A DNA stretch of 64,000 bases from Basidiobolus meristosporus CBS 931.73 (taxonomy: Eukaryota > Fungi > Basidiobolomycota): the NCBI GenBank assembly GCA_002104905.1, contig MCFE01000133.1:94505-158504 (forward strand). Reading direction: 5' to 3'. A program made the position numbers and the translations under genes. The notes under the pieces were generated by a model. The model had not been told where the DNA came from, made no database searches, and saw only the letters and a list, made by a program, of their open reading frames with translations. Positions 26,596 through 40,297 of the stretch are shown here, piece by piece (position 1 is the stretch's first letter; each line of letters starts with the position of its first letter).

Positions 26596-26941
26596 ATATC
26601 AAGTGGGTATCACTTAATGAGTTATTAAATCTCAGGGTGAGGTTTATACTTCTGTATGGTTGTAGAAATGCAAGCACATACAGTCTGCTTAGGAAGCTCC
26701 CAAGATCATGTTTGCAAAGCTTAGAGGTCTGGCATCAGTGTGAAACTAATTCAGAGCACCCTGCCATACTTGAAACTGATTCTTGAGAAACTTGTTACTT
26801 TTGTACTTTTCAAACTAGCTATTCCTCATTGCAAGTGGTGTAAAAGAGCGATTTTATTATAGAGAAAGGATTACTACCAGTGTGCAAAGCTCAAGAGTAC
26901 AACTAGGAGGGGGATTTGTCGAGGATGCCCGAAGAAGATAT

Positions 26942-29900
26942 TTACAGATAGAGGGAGGCAGCGAAAACGATGTCACGTTTGATCTTGTTGATGCCATCGG
27001 CGAATTTGTTCTCCAACTCCGTGTTGCCAATGGACTTCGCAGCCGCGCACATTTGTCTTAGTAATTCTTCGAGGCGACGGAAGCCACGAATGAGGGACCC
27101 TTCGAAGGTGTCGGTCATCTTGATGATCTGGGAGAACTTGGCCCCGTTACACCACGCGAAGACCACGTCCATGTGCTCCGAGCGGAAGCTTTGTACATAT
27201 TCCTCTTCGTTCACGTTGAGCTTCGACTCCTGGGAGACCTTGGCGATGCGGCGGGCCGCCTCCTGCATCATTCGCAGTGGGCCGGCGAGCTCTTCGCCAA
27301 GCTTCGGTGCTTGCTCGCTCTTCTCCTGGAACACAAAGCAACTCAGCAACGCAACACTCTGCTCCACTGTGAGGTCATTGAAAACACCATTGAAAATCAT
27401 CTCCGTGAGCAGCAACTCATCTCCCGTACTGATCTCGCACGCCACTCGGCCCTTGACTTCGATGACATCCGCCTGGTTGGTGTAGCCCAATCTTCGGAGG
27501 ACACGCTTGCGGCATCTCAGCTCATCCAGCTGCATGATCGAGTGCGCGGTTTGAATCTGCTTCTTGAGCTCCTTGGCACGAGAGGCGAGGCTGACCTTCT
27601 TGGAGTACTCCTCGAAGAGCTGGGGGAGCTGAGGGTCGGTCTTCATCGGGCTGTCATCGAGGCGAGCTTGCAGGACATCGATCTTTTTGAGAAGTTTCTT
27701 GAAGCTCTCATCCTTGATGCCAAGGTTGTCGACGGGGTCGAGCAGGGGCAGACCGTCAGGGAAGCGCTTCTTCACCTCGGTGATGGACTTGTAGACAGTG
27801 TTTCTGGGCTCCAAGGGGCGGATGTCTTTGGGAAGGAAGAGGCGAACGTGGCTCATGCCTCTCAAGGTGTTGAGCAGGACAGGGACCACCACCATCTCCC
27901 CCTTCTCGTTCTCTTTGCAGGGCTGCACCCCAGTCACCAGCCCGTCAGGGCCCTTGGCAACGGTGGTGCCAGCAGCACAGTGAAGGAGCACATCAACGAT
28001 GTATCTGGCGGCAGCATCCACGTCATCGGCATCGTTGCTATCTTTGTTGGGGCCCTTGTTGGGAGAAGAACGCTTCTGGTAGCTCACGACACAGCCCCAG
28101 CCGAAGTCCACGCCGTCATGGACCACCCTTACCACACGGCCAGGCTGGATGAATGGCAGCGAGTAAGTGGGGTGGTTCATGATGTCGAATTTATCGTTGG
28201 TGTAGCGGTCGATCTCTTGCTTGATGTTGAAGTACTGCTCCACCAGTCTTTCGTTCTCCACCACGATCGCTTTGCGCTCCTCCTCGACCAGCTGAAGCTC
28301 CGCCTCGAGCTTGGGAACGTTGGCGTTGTTCTGGAACTGGAAGAAGCACTGGTCCAACATGAACTCGGGGCTCATGCCGTCCACACGCATCAGATTGAGA
28401 ATCATGTTGTATGTGAGATGGAAGGCGGAGTTGAGGGCGTCCGCCTCACCCTTCACCATGTTCTTGGCGACGGCAGGCTCCATCTTCTCGTCCACCATCA
28501 TGATAACGATACCACGGTCATCGAGACCACGTCGACCGGCACGACCAGACATCTGGATGTACTCACCGGAGGACACCCAGCGGAAGTCCTTACCGTCGAA
28601 CTTGCGCACATTCGTGAACACCACGGTCTTGGCAGGCATGTTGAGACCGATGGAGAAGGTCTCGGTGGCGAAAAGGACCTTGAGCAGGCCTTCTTGGAAG
28701 AGGATTTCGATGACTTCCTTGAGGATGGGAAGCAGGCCGGAGTGATGGATTCCGATACCACGGCGCAACAGGGGGAGCAGATGCTCGATCTGGGGAAGCT
28801 GCTTATCATCGTCGGACAGTCCGTTGATGGCGTTGGTGAACACGGTGGCAACCATCTCGTTCTCAGACTCGTCATTGAAGTCAAGCTTGCTCATTTGCAG
28901 GGCGAGCGACTCGCACTCCCTCTTGCTGAAACTGAAGACAATCACCGGATGGTAGTTCTTGGTCATGATCATCTTGACGATCTTGTAGATGTCCGAGGGG
29001 CCTGCAGAGATAATGTGAGCATACAATCAAGCCAAGCGCCGAAGTGGCCGCTCCTACCTTTGGTGGAAGGCTTTTTGCCCTTCTTCTTTGCTCCCTTCCC
29101 GCTGCCTCCAGGCTCTTCGGCAGAGCCGGAATCGCCCAACGCCCCGATGGCCTTTTGGAAGTTCTCCTCGCGGAAGACACTCTTCTCGTCCACGACCAGG
29201 TGGATACCCTCGCTGCCGGATGGGAAGAGATAATGCTGCAGTGGGGTGGGTCGGAAGTCGGTGTACACGATGTGGCATGGCTACATGACAAGCGTTAGTG
29301 ATGTTGGTCCTCATGATGGTTGGCCAGCGGCCAGGCGTTACCTGCTCGTGAATCTTGCAAATCCACTCGGCGAACTCCATAGCGTTGGGGATGGTGGCGG
29401 ACAAGAACACGTAATGGACCTTGTGGGGAAGCATAATGATGGTTTCCTCCCAGACGACACCACGCGCCTTATCACGCATGTAGTGCACCTCATCGAAAAT
29501 TACCCAGGCCACCTCTCGCATCACCTCTGAACCGCGGTACAGCATGGACCGCAAAATTTCCGTGGTCATGACGAGGCAGGACGCGCTGGGGTTGATCGTA
29601 ACATCACCAGTCATCAGACCAACATCTCCGAATTCCTGGAGAAGCTCACGGTACTTCTGATTACTGAGGGCCTTGATGGGACTGGTGTAGATCACTCGCT
29701 GTTTGTCGCGTAAACTTTGCGCGATAGCATACTCTGCCACCACCGTTTTACCTGCACTGGTATGGGCACTGACCAGGACAGACTCCGAGCGCTCGATACA
29801 GTGCGTGGCTAGGAGCTGGAAGGGATCTAATTTGAAGGGATAGCTTCTGGCAGGTGGCTCGGGGGACACGTGCTGCGACAGTGGGACATAATCGTAGGTA

Positions 29901-30307
29901 GGGGGGATGGCGACTTGATGACGAACCTAGCAAACAGTCAAGCGTGAGTTAGCGGGAAGAGCTTGGCGAATTGGACATGGCGCCCATACCTGGTGAGAAA
30001 GGACCAAGGTCTCTCCGTAGTCTTCTTGAACTTCCTTTCCTACTGCCTGTACCTCGCGAGATAGATCTTGCGAGAATTCATCGGCAACGAGAGCCTTGGG
30101 TGATAAGGCCCGTTTAATCTTTCTAGTGGGCTCTTGAGACTCAGTCGAGGGGGTGTTGACTTCTACGCCTGCTTCGGCGTCAACCTCGGCGGCTGGCTCT
30201 TCGGTCTTTCTCTTTTTGGTGGAAAGATTGGTTAAATCCGTGGTAATTTCGGTGGTGACAGGCGCAGAGAAAACATCGAACAAGGAATCGGTATCTTCGG
30301 AAAACAT
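26942..30307 (-). CDS. MTR4: Ski2-like ATP-dependent RNA helicase MTR4 (TRAMP/exosome cofactor), 4 exons
   Basis: [45 protein letters not shown], arch/KOW region and [14 protein letters not shown]-terminus; introns at ~29927-29989, ~29282-29339, ~29003-29055. Confidence 0.95.
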
Positions 30308-30697
30308 GATGCAGGGAACGTTCGAAGTCCGGACTTCTCTAAGGTACACTGATTATACTAAAATTGAGGGGAACAAGAACTAGTAGACAAAGGGGACTCT
30401 CTATACGTCTTCGAAAAGGAGGCTGTCTAGGAAAAGTGGGGATTCACGACAGGGACACCGCTAGTATATGTGGTTCTCCAAAGACAAAGGATACGACAAA
30501 ACAACCTTGGCTGCCTGGGATGGTACAGTTATCCGGTATATTCCGCCTGAAAAAAACCACGGATTCCTTCGAATTTTTTTTTAAACCATGTTACATTAAT
30601 TAGTGGGATTTTTTTTCCTTACTGTGTGCTTGGTTTAATGATGTTTGTACATGAAGATAGTTTGATTAACCGATTTTACATGGTAGAATTATTGTGC

Positions 30698-31691
30698 TTA
30701 AACATATATACTAGGTGATCCAGATAAGCCGACTTCTCTGGCTAGTCTATCCCAAATGTGTGTTAAGGGTTTGTGATGTCTATCGCGGCGATCTGTACTA
30801 TCTGGCAAGCTCTGGATCTCAGTAGATTCGGTTGTGCTGGTGTCACGGCGGACCACTTCAGAACTACGTTCCTCGATACTATGGTCGGGAAGCCCTTGCT
30901 GGAAGACGTCTATTGGTGCACTCTGGCCACGATCGATGATCTGCTCTTCGTTGGATAAATGGTTGAGGTGGTTTCTGCGAGAACGGAGCAACCGTCGTGC
31001 AATGTTCAAGTTGGAGAACGGGTGGGCACCACGGTGCGAATGGTCCGGCCGGATATCATCACTACTGACAGCCTGAGAGTCGGCGGGCATCACTGCAACT
31101 TGCTGTGCTTTGGTGTCATCTCTAGAGATCAGAGTGACTTTCTCTCCTTCCCGGTAGAGGCTACTATCATATGGCGCAGTATAGATGACCGCAAAATTTG
31201 GACCCACACAGTACGGGCAGGTGACAGGGGTTATGGCGTTAGGTCTTTTCATTTGAAGGAAGCATTCTGTGCAGATCGGCTGGTGACAACAACGTGTATA
31301 ATTGATATTCTTTGGGTAGTACTGTGAGGAACTTCGATTAGCGATCAGAGTTCATAATGACAGCAGGGCATATTCGGAAAGTTACCAGGAAACAGATAGG
31401 GCATTCGACAGCATCCTTATACAAGTCCACTGGGTTCAACATGCTCCCATTGAATTTGCTCTTAGCTGTATATCTGACCGGCCTGACTTTGGATGATTTC
31501 TTGATGGACTGTTCTTTCACTGCGTCTTTGACCTCGGCCAACCCTTTGTAGAAGGGAGCGATCCTTCTACCAAGGATAAGTCTGCGTACAATGCGCGTGT
31601 TGTAATCCTGTACGGCGGAATAGATCCCATTAGGAGTGAATCCGCCACCGTCTATATCAGGGCTCTCTCTCTTGGCTTGGATATTCCCCAT
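30698..31691 (-). CDS. SIP5: SIP5-like RING-type protein, 2 coding exons
   Basis: MGN start; [43 protein letters not shown]; intron ~31324-31382; probable 5'-UTR intron GTAAGT...GCTAAC...CAG. Confidence 0.8.
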
Positions 31692-32623
31692 GATGTGGTA
31701 AAAGTCAAGCTGCAAGAAGGGTTAGCAATCGGAGTCGGTCCAAGCTGAAGATGGCTCTACTTACCAATGGTTATGCGGGGGTTTAGACAAAGGATTTAGT
31801 AATGTTAGCGGAGGAGTTAATATTTTCGGACTTGAAGTTAAGATCTTTGCCTTAAATATGGCTGATGCGCACTCCGAACAGACCTTTAGGAAGCAAACCC
31901 CCGGTTTCCATTTTAAGATTACCACCTCGTCACTAACGAAGCTATTTGATGAAAAAGTGGAACCAATCCAATTTCACCTGCATGGGGAGAAGGGTCGGGT
32001 GGCGGATGAAAAGATACCGGCTACTTGAAACAAACCGATGAATCAGTAAACCTGCAGAGCCTTCGAGGATCTAGGAGGCAGGACTGGCGGGCGGTCAGGC
32101 AAGACAGGCGAATGTTCGGACCAAAAAAGTGAAAGCTTGGTATATCAGCCATGTTACTCAAGATCCCTTAATACAGAAATCCGTTGAAAGCATGTGTCTC
32201 ATGGAAGTGATTAATGGACTGGGTGTCGGATCTGAGGAACATCAGCCAACCGGATGTCGAGAAACATGCAAAATAAATGCTGTCATGAGGCAGATTACCC
32301 AAATAAATACATCATGGGTTCTGGAGCTTTCCGCTTTACCCCACTTCTTAGTGCACATTGCAAACATCCACTCATCCTTCAGTCCTCACTGCTCCACCCC
32401 GGGAGAAAAACTCGGTCCCTGAGGCGGTTGATTTCGCAGAAACATCAGTATCGGCTTGGGTGAAAAAAAGCGTGCTATTGAGATTAGGCAGTTTAACCGT
32501 AACTTTATATGAATCAAACATAGTGCCCTATTTTGGACACGGTTGAGATGAGGAATGCAGTTAGGTATGTTGATCAACGCTGTGAAGGAAGAAAAGCATG
32601 CATGATGAGTGAAAAGAAGGGAC

Positions 32624-33478
32624 TCATTTCTTTTTTGGGTTGAGTACGTATGATGTCAGGCCAACAAGTATCGCTCCTCCAACCGCATTCCCTAGAATGA
32701 CGGGGATGAGATTCTTCACGATGAATTGGCCCACAGACACCTTAGCTCCGTACATCATTCCAACAGGGATATAAAACATATTGGCAATTGAGTGCTCAAA
32801 GCCACAGATAGCAAAGGCAAAGACTGGCCACCAGAAGCAAATGAACTTCCCGGTGACATCACGTGCGGTGAGCCCCAAATACACGGCAAAGCACACGAAG
32901 GCGTTGGCAGGAACCGCTTTCAAGAAGGCAACACCGAACGAATAGGAAACCTTCTTTTCAGCACTACTGATAATCCACGACAGCCAAGGATCAGCACCGA
33001 ATTGGTCGGTCAGGTAGGCGAAGAGATAAGTAGTCAACAAGGCGCCTGCAGCGTTACCAATGACAACCAGGACCCAGTTCTTTGCCAAACTAAGTATGGT
33101 GCATTTACGCTGAATCACGCCTACAAACATGACCATAACGTTGCCGGTAAAGAGATCACCGCCGAACATAACGATGAACAACAAAGCACTAGCAAAGCAT
33201 CCACTGAATATGATCTTCTGTACAGAGGGATACGCCTTTGTGAAAGCCGGATCCAACCCGCCACCTGCGGTATAAGCAAAGGTTCCGATGAATGCCACTA
33301 GCATCCCAGCCATGAAGCCATTCATCAGATCATCATACCATCTCCGAGAAGCCTTCAGTATAGCCGCGTTGCCAATAGCTTGCTCTACCTCGGCTGAGGT
33401 GTTGAATTCACGTTTCAAAGCTTCGGTGTGAACAGTTGTGTCATCAGATAGATCTTTGAGGCTGAAGTCGAGAGACAT
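32624..33478 (-). CDS. formate/nitrite transporter (FNT family) channel, intronless
   Basis: 284 aa, ~6 hydrophobic helices, DLFTGN and FEHSIANM signatures, GNAVGG. Confidence 0.92.
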   Translation of the reverse strand: MSLDFSLKDLSDDTTVHTEALKREFNTSAEVEQAIGNAAILKASRRWYDDLMNGFMAGMLVAFIGTFAYTAGGGLDPAFTKAYPSVQKIIFSGCFASALLFIVMFGGDLFTGNVMVMFVGVIQRKCTILSLAKNWVLVVIGNAAGALLTTYLFAYLTDQFGADPWLSWIISSAEKKVSYSFGVAFLKAVPANAFVCFAVYLGLTARDVTGKFICFWWPVFAFAICGFEHSIANMFYIPVGMMYGAKVSVGQFIVKNLIPVILGNAVGGAILVGLTSYVLNPKKK

Positions 33479-35193
33479 GAAAATATTAACAGGATAAGGA
33501 TGGCGATTAGTTGAATGTACAGTTGATACCGTCCAGTTGACCCGTTGTTCACTTTTATAGATACTCTGCAGGTCTCGGATCTAGATATAGAACTGCATTT
33601 TACCCCACCTTTCTGAACTGCAAAATAAGACATACTATTTCGATCAACGGCTAGTTGCACAAAATGAATATGACACTCGTAGGAAAATATGGTTTTGGCC
33701 AGTTCAAGGCTATTTCCAACTGTCAGTTGTATCATATCGATACTTTAATTTCTCGCTCTTCAGTGGGAAAAAGAATAGCTTGTACTTCTGAAGGTGTTAC
33801 CGCCCGGATGAATTGGTTTCATCAATCTTGATGATTGAAGCAACCTTAATACTCGATCATCACGAGATGCCTACTTGCATGAAGAAATCGACTTTGATCA
33901 CAAGCCAAGGAATCGACAAACAGTTGGCAACTGGTTTTAATATAACCCGATTCGCAGAAAGGTCCAACCCGTTTGACTGCCAAGTATCCACGGATGCAAA
34001 CACTCCGGCTATATTATATTACAATTCATAGTTGGAATCATGAGGCACATTTCTATTAGCACATGGATCTGTTCATCAACCACTTGATGGCCAGCATAAC
34101 TCGAGGTTATTTTCAGTTGCTTTCAAAAACTTCGCACCCTCAATCCCTCCACCGACTATCCGTAGATTTTCCGGGGTCCCATTGGCCTGAGACCAAGCAC
34201 CGGTTAGCTGTGGGAGAAGAATGAACTAAGAATAACCTAGAGTACGTATTACAACATGTCTTTGTGATTGGGAGACAAGAGCACTAGTCCACACTGGTGC
34301 ATGTCGCACACTACAAGCAGTAGAGAATATACTCCCCACACCTCTTGACATAGGAAATTCCTTACCTTAATAAGATAATCTGGCAATTCTGACGTTGGAA
34401 GAAAGGTAACCTTATTTAAGCAAATTACTCTACCATCTGGTCGCAATTTTAAACTAAATTCAACTAGGAGATCCAGTTGTGCAGATATAATCCCAATCCT
34501 ATCCCCGAAAATTTAATCCATCAAATAATCAAACATCGCTTTCGGCAAATTGTTGTGCAAATACTGATTAAGAGGTAACCTTTTCCACCAAGGCTATCTT
34601 TGGTAACACACCACAAGACTTGCAGAATGCAACATTTCAATATGGTTATCTTCTCCAGAAGTCATCTGCTAAAATAGCTTTTAGAGATAGTGATACAAAC
34701 ACAAACTCACGAGATTGATCGAGGTATACATTCACCATTCCCCCTCACTAGGATGGACTTCTTGCATTTGCAGAGCTTTCTCAATTGTGACTAACTCCTA
34801 ACAAACAAATATTGATTAGCGGTTCCAAATTAATTTTTTTATCATGACGTCTATATATTCATGGCGGAATTTCATTGGCTTATATTCAAGGTTGTTTCTA
34901 GTAAATCTGTACCTGATATGACCAAGATACTCAGGAGAGTATGAGGTTTACTATTGGAAGAATAACCTACTACAAGAGCTGAGAGTAGCGTAAGTTTACC
35001 TCATATATGGATTATTGTGATAGCATTGGTGGAAAATGATCCGTTGGAATTTTTTCGCTGTAGACACGAAAGTTTACAAGTGCTATATTTTGACATCATC
35101 AACATCTCATTTTACCACGTCCCTTAGCCTATTGTCCTTTACCCCCCTAACCTCTCTTTCGCACTCTCCCCTTACTCAAGTATTTTTCGCCCG

Positions 35194-38100
35194 GTGATGG
35201 AGGATAGTTTTGTAAAGACAACCCAACAGGTTCTGGAAGCTTTTGAAGTTCAGCCTGATCAAGGTTTGACTCAAGCTCAAGTAGCTTCTGGTCAAAGCAA
35301 GTACGGAAAGAACGAGCTTCCCGAGGAAGAATCCACTCCTCTTTGGGAGCTCATTTTAGAGCAATTCAAAGATCAATTGGTCATTATTCTTCTATTCGCT
35401 GCTGGTATCTCCTTTGTTCTCGCTTTTTTGGAAGAGAGCAAAGAAGATGCTGCTACAGCCTACGTCGAACCGATCGTCATTCTCCTCATTCTTATTGCTA
35501 ACGCAACTGTTGGCGTCATTCAAGAGAGTAACGCTGAAAAGGCCATCGAGGCTTTAAAGGAATATTCCCCTGATGAAGCAAAGGTTTTACGCGACGGTAA
35601 GGTAGCCAAAATCAACGCTGCCGATTTAGTACCAGGTGATATCATTCACATCGCCGTGGGAGATAAAGTCCCCGCTGACTGTCGCTTGCTTGAACTTGTT
35701 TCTAGCTCCATTCGTATTGACCAAGCTATTCTTACTGGTGAATCTGTTTCCGTGAACAAACAAGTTGAGCCTATCAAGGATGCCAAGGCCGTTAAGCAAG
35801 ACCAGATCAACATCCTCTTCTCTGGCACTACCGTGGTTCTCGGAAAAGCCAAGGCTGTTGTCGTTCAAACTGGTTCTCAAACTGCCATTGGTGATATTCA
35901 TCAAAGCATTACATCTCAAATCTCGGAGAAGACCCCACTCAAGAAGAAGTTGGATGACTTTGGAGACTTCCTGGCCAAGGCAATTTCGGTTATTTGTATT
36001 TTGGTGTGGTTGGTCAATATCCGCCATTTCAACGATCCCTCGCATCATGGTTGGCTCAAGGGAGCCATCTACTATTTCAAGATTGCCGTTGCGTTGGCTG
36101 TTGCTGCAATCCCAGAAGGCCTCGCCGTGGTAATTACCACTTGTTTGGCATTGGGCACCAAGAAAATGGCTCAGAAAAACGCCATCGTCCGCTCTCTCCC
36201 CTCTGTCGAAACTTTGGGATGCACCAGTGTTATTTGCTCCGACAAAACCGGAACCTTGACGACCAATCAGATGTCTGTTCAACGTATTCTTACCATTTCC
36301 AACCCTTCTGGCGGATTAAGCGAATATCATGTTGAAGGAACCAGCTACGCCCCAGCCGGTGACATCAAAACCGCTGCTGGTCAAACCGTGAAGGATCTTC
36401 CCGCATCATCGCCTGTTATTCAGGAATTATCGGAAATCTGCGCCCTCTGCAATGACTCTCGTATCTCTTATGATCCTAGCACCAACCACTATAGCAATGT
36501 TGGTGAGCCTACCGAGGCTGCATTGAAGGTACTTGTGGAGAAGTTGGGTACAAAGGATGCCACTTTCAACCGAAGCCTATCACAAATGTCCAAAGCTGAG
36601 CGTGTCAACGCATGCAATAGCTATGTCGAAGAGCAGGCCAAAAGAGTTGCCACCCTTGAATTCTCTCGTGACCGTAAGTCCATGTCCGTGCTCATCACTC
36701 GCAACAACACCGATCGTCCGGCCACCATATCTACCTCTGGCAACGAAGGAATTCTTTACGTAAAGGGAGCCCCCGAATCCATCTTGGAGAGATGCACACG
36801 TGTTCGTACTGAAGCCTCACCTGAATCATCCATTGAACTTACACCCGAAATCCGTGACAGTATCTCGAAGAAAATTAACGAATACGGTGGTAAGATGAGT
36901 CTAAGATGCCTTGGTTTGGCCTCCGTTTCGAATGTGCCTGGTGATGGCTCACAATGGGATCTTCAAGACCCTACCAAGTTCATCGACTATGAGCAGAACA
37001 TGACTTTTGTTGGACTTGTTGCTATGATTGATCCCCCTAGACCTGAGGTTCGTGACTCCATCGTGAAGTGCAAGACTGCTGGTATCCGCGTCATTGTTAT
37101 TACCGGCGACAATAAGAATACTGCTGAAGCTATTTGCAGACAAATTGGCGTTTTCGGTGACAACGAGGATTTAACTGGAAAGTCTTATACCGGCCGTGAG
37201 TTCGATGAACTCTCACCTGCTGAGAAGAAGCTCGCCGTTGAGCGTGCCAACCTCTTCTCAAGAACCGAGCCCACGCATAAACAAGCCCTTGTCGACTTGC
37301 TCCAAAGCGGTGGCCATATCGTGGCCATGACTGGTGATGGTGTTAACGATGCCCCTGCTCTCAAGAAGGCTGATATTGGTATTGCTATGGGTACTGGTAC
37401 TGATGTTGCCAAACTTGCAGCTGACATGGTTCTCGCTGATGATAACTTCGCTACCATTGAAAAGGCTGTAGAGGAAGGACGCTCTATTTACAACAACACC
37501 AAGCAGTTCATCCGTTACTTGATCAGCTCCAACATCGGTGAGGTCGTTAGTATCTTCTTGACCGTCATCCTCGGTATGCCAGAGGCTCTTATCCCGGTTC
37601 AACTTTTGTGGGTGAATTTGGTTACTGATGGGCTTCCAGCCACTGCACTTGGATTCAACCCACCTGACAATGACATCATGCGCCAGCCCCCTAGAAGCTC
37701 GCGCGAACCAATTGTTGGTAGCTGGCTGTTCTTCCGGTATATGGTTGTTGGTATCTACGTTGGTTGTGCCACCGTATTCGGTTATGCTTGGTGGTTTATG
37801 TTCTACCAAGGAGGACCCCAGGTCAGCTTCTATCAGCTCAGCAACTTCCACAAGTGCACCGATCTATTCTCCGAGATCGGATGCTCAATGTTCACCGACA
37901 TCAGGTCCCACCGCGCCACCACTATGTCATTGTCGATCCTGGTTACTATTGAGATGTTCAACGCCATGAATTCCCTGAGTGAGAATGAGTCATTACTCAC
38001 ACTTCCTCTCTGGTCCAACATGTACCTAGTTTTCGCCATCATCCTTTCCATGTTCCTTCACTTCGTTATTCTCTACGTTCCATTCTTCACCACACTATTC

Positions 38101-38235
38101 TCCATCACCCCCTTGAATTTGGAAGAATGGTGGGCTGTTCTCTGGATCTCCTTCCCAGTCATCATCATCGATGAGGTGTTGAAGTACATTTCCAGAAACT
38201 ACGTCGCACCACCAAGCAAGTTGAAGACCGAATGA
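35194..38235 (+). CDS. SERCA-type (P2A) Ca2+-transporting P-type ATPase, intronless
   Basis: 1013 aa; [51 protein letters not shown]. Confidence 0.97.
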   Translation: MMEDSFVKTTQQVLEAFEVQPDQGLTQAQVASGQSKYGKNELPEEESTPLWELILEQFKDQLVIILLFAAGISFVLAFLEESKEDAATAYVEPIVILLILIANATVGVIQESNAEKAIEALKEYSPDEAKVLRDGKVAKINAADLVPGDIIHIAVGDKVPADCRLLELVSSSIRIDQAILTGESVSVNKQVEPIKDAKAVKQDQINILFSGTTVVLGKAKAVVVQTGSQTAIGDIHQSITSQISEKTPLKKKLDDFGDFLAKAISVICILVWLVNIRHFNDPSHHGWLKGAIYYFKIAVALAVAAIPEGLAVVITTCLALGTKKMAQKNAIVRSLPSVETLGCTSVICSDKTGTLTTNQMSVQRILTISNPSGGLSEYHVEGTSYAPAGDIKTAAGQTVKDLPASSPVIQELSEICALCNDSRISYDPSTNHYSNVGEPTEAALKVLVEKLGTKDATFNRSLSQMSKAERVNACNSYVEEQAKRVATLEFSRDRKSMSVLITRNNTDRPATISTSGNEGILYVKGAPESILERCTRVRTEASPESSIELTPEIRDSISKKINEYGGKMSLRCLGLASVSNVPGDGSQWDLQDPTKFIDYEQNMTFVGLVAMIDPPRPEVRDSIVKCKTAGIRVIVITGDNKNTAEAICRQIGVFGDNEDLTGKSYTGREFDELSPAEKKLAVERANLFSRTEPTHKQALVDLLQSGGHIVAMTGDGVNDAPALKKADIGIAMGTGTDVAKLAADMVLADDNFATIEKAVEEGRSIYNNTKQFIRYLISSNIGEVVSIFLTVILGMPEALIPVQLLWVNLVTDGLPATALGFNPPDNDIMRQPPRSSREPIVGSWLFFRYMVVGIYVGCATVFGYAWWFMFYQGGPQVSFYQLSNFHKCTDLFSEIGCSMFTDIRSHRATTMSLSILVTIEMFNAMNSLSENESLLTLPLWSNMYLVFAIILSMFLHFVILYVPFFTTLFSITPLNLEEWWAVLWISFPVIIIDEVLKYISRNYVAPPSKLKTE

Positions 38236-39853
38236 TTTTCTCGAATCGGAAACATAGAATACCATCAGTATCGCACACTAGATTAACTAGCAGTGTATTT
38301 CGTTTCACGCAAGCCCCTGGTTTGCTTCGGAACCCGACGAGATATGTTTATAGAGAATTTTATAATAAATCTTCACTCATTCATCAACCTTCAGTAGAGC
38401 CACGACGTATACTGAGGACATTGCCTGGAGCTAACCACTTATGTGATATTTACCAGTACCGTTACCGTGTGTCTTCGCGATGGTGCGACTTCTAATAGTA
38501 GGATCGTCGGGCTGAGGACCCACCGCTTATCCATCCAAGCAATGCTTGTTACTAGAAAGCAAGGAATAATGGTTAGACGAAAGAAAGTAAATGAATGCGA
38601 TGGCTGCTCGAGAGTTAGTCATGATGGATGGTCTCTCCTGTTATAGAAGCAGCCAAATGGTTTTGCATTGGAGGTTTTATGTAATCCGAGCCATTACCAA
38701 GAAAGTACGAAATCAGTATTCCCGCTGACCTTGGGTCAGACAGAAAAGTGCTGGTGCGACTCCCACCTTTCTATTTCAAGACGCTATTGCTTCATCCGAT
38801 AGCACTGCCCGTAAGGGAATCACGTTTCCCTTTTGATCTTTGAAGTTTATTCGTTTAGGAAACACCATTATGCTTATCTAATTGGGCAACTCCTAATTCG
38901 ATTTGGTATTGAGATCCGCCATATATGTTGATCCGGCTTCAAAGCCACCAGGGAGCTTGAGGCTGTATGTACGACAGTAGTGGATATGGAAGGCCTGTCG
39001 AGATCAACCGTTGTCATAGTGCGATGCTATTGGATAGGCCCAATCCAGTCCCTCTACTAACAACTGCTTGCCAATTCACCTGCGACAACCGAGTATGAAT
39101 GTTTATCATTTTTATGGATGCTTGGCTCATCGCATCTCGCAGCCTTTCCTTGCCTCCATTGTTGCTATAAATATAGAAAGAAGGGTGAGTCTGTGAATGA
39201 CTCCCCAGCCACCCCAGAGCTTTAATAGACATCTATATCGGGGGAGCTTGACTCTCACCCTATGGATGCCAAAGCCCAAGGGTGAGTTGAATCATTGACG
39301 ATATAATTCGTCAGAAGCTGAGTCCTATTCTCTCCTATATATACATTGCATTCACCCGTCTCACTCTATAATCAACTCGATTTGGGTGCAGGTACTGTCT
39401 TCGTATTTATATTTTCACTCATTTGGGGGTAACCCAACCTTTATATTTGTATCGATTCCATTGTATCTGTCCGCACTTTTTTAGGTCAGATGCATACATT
39501 GTTTCAGTGAGTACTCGCCTGTGAGAAAGTATATACATGTATCAATCTCGAGCAATCTTCCAGATCAATATAAAATTGAATTGGGAATAGTAAACCAATT
39601 TATCCCTTTTCATAATAAGAAAAATTAGAGAGACATATATGCAAATAAGTGATCAGACAATTTTAGAAGGAGGACTCAGTTGAGATTAGTTTATATTGAC
39701 CACGCATCATCAACAAAATAGTCTTTCTCTTTTATTCATTTTCTTTCCTTTCATTCCATTCAATTACCAATCTTATTATTCCCCTTCTTTCCCTCTTACC
39801 ATCTCTTAATAGACTTTTGAAAGTAGTCAACGCACTATATTTATACACCGGTA

Positions 39854-39880
39854 AATATATATACATATATATATATACAC
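39854..39880. repeat. (TA)n-rich microsatellite in an AT-rich upstream region
   Basis: aaatatatatacatatatatatatacac. Confidence 0.6.
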
Positions 39881-40297
39881 TTAATCATGTATATACATTT
39901 ATACATATCGTCCTTTATACTTGTTTCCTTACAATCCATATTAGCTTATTACATTCAGTATACATTTATTTCATCGCCCATTATACATTGCTAAAGTAAG
40001 TTTTCCTATTGCTACACTTTGATTTTAATTTACCCCTGCTACGTTGCAAGTCCGTATCAACCCTACCAGTCTATCAATATTCATACCCTTCCTTGTCCTT
40101 TGGTTATAGTCAACTATATTTTATGAAGTTCGCAGGTAGCTTATGAGCCCCAAAGTTAACCATGTTCTCTATTCTTTTACATGCATTAGGGTGACAAAAC
40201 CATCGTTGGCTCTATAGAAGTCCCGGTTAAAATAGACTGGACGAACAAGTAGCAAACTGCGCCTTCATACACCCACACTCACATCTGCACGAACAAC

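Noticed and set aside
27173-29233. 686-aa plus-strand ORF
   Set aside because: Antisense shadow of GC3-rich MTR4; no independent motifs.
33500-35190. Long intergenic regions (also 38250-40290) as hosts of tRNA or ncRNA genes
   Set aside because: No tRNA T-loop or cloverleaf, rRNA or snRNA signature recognised by eye; a covariance-model search would be needed.
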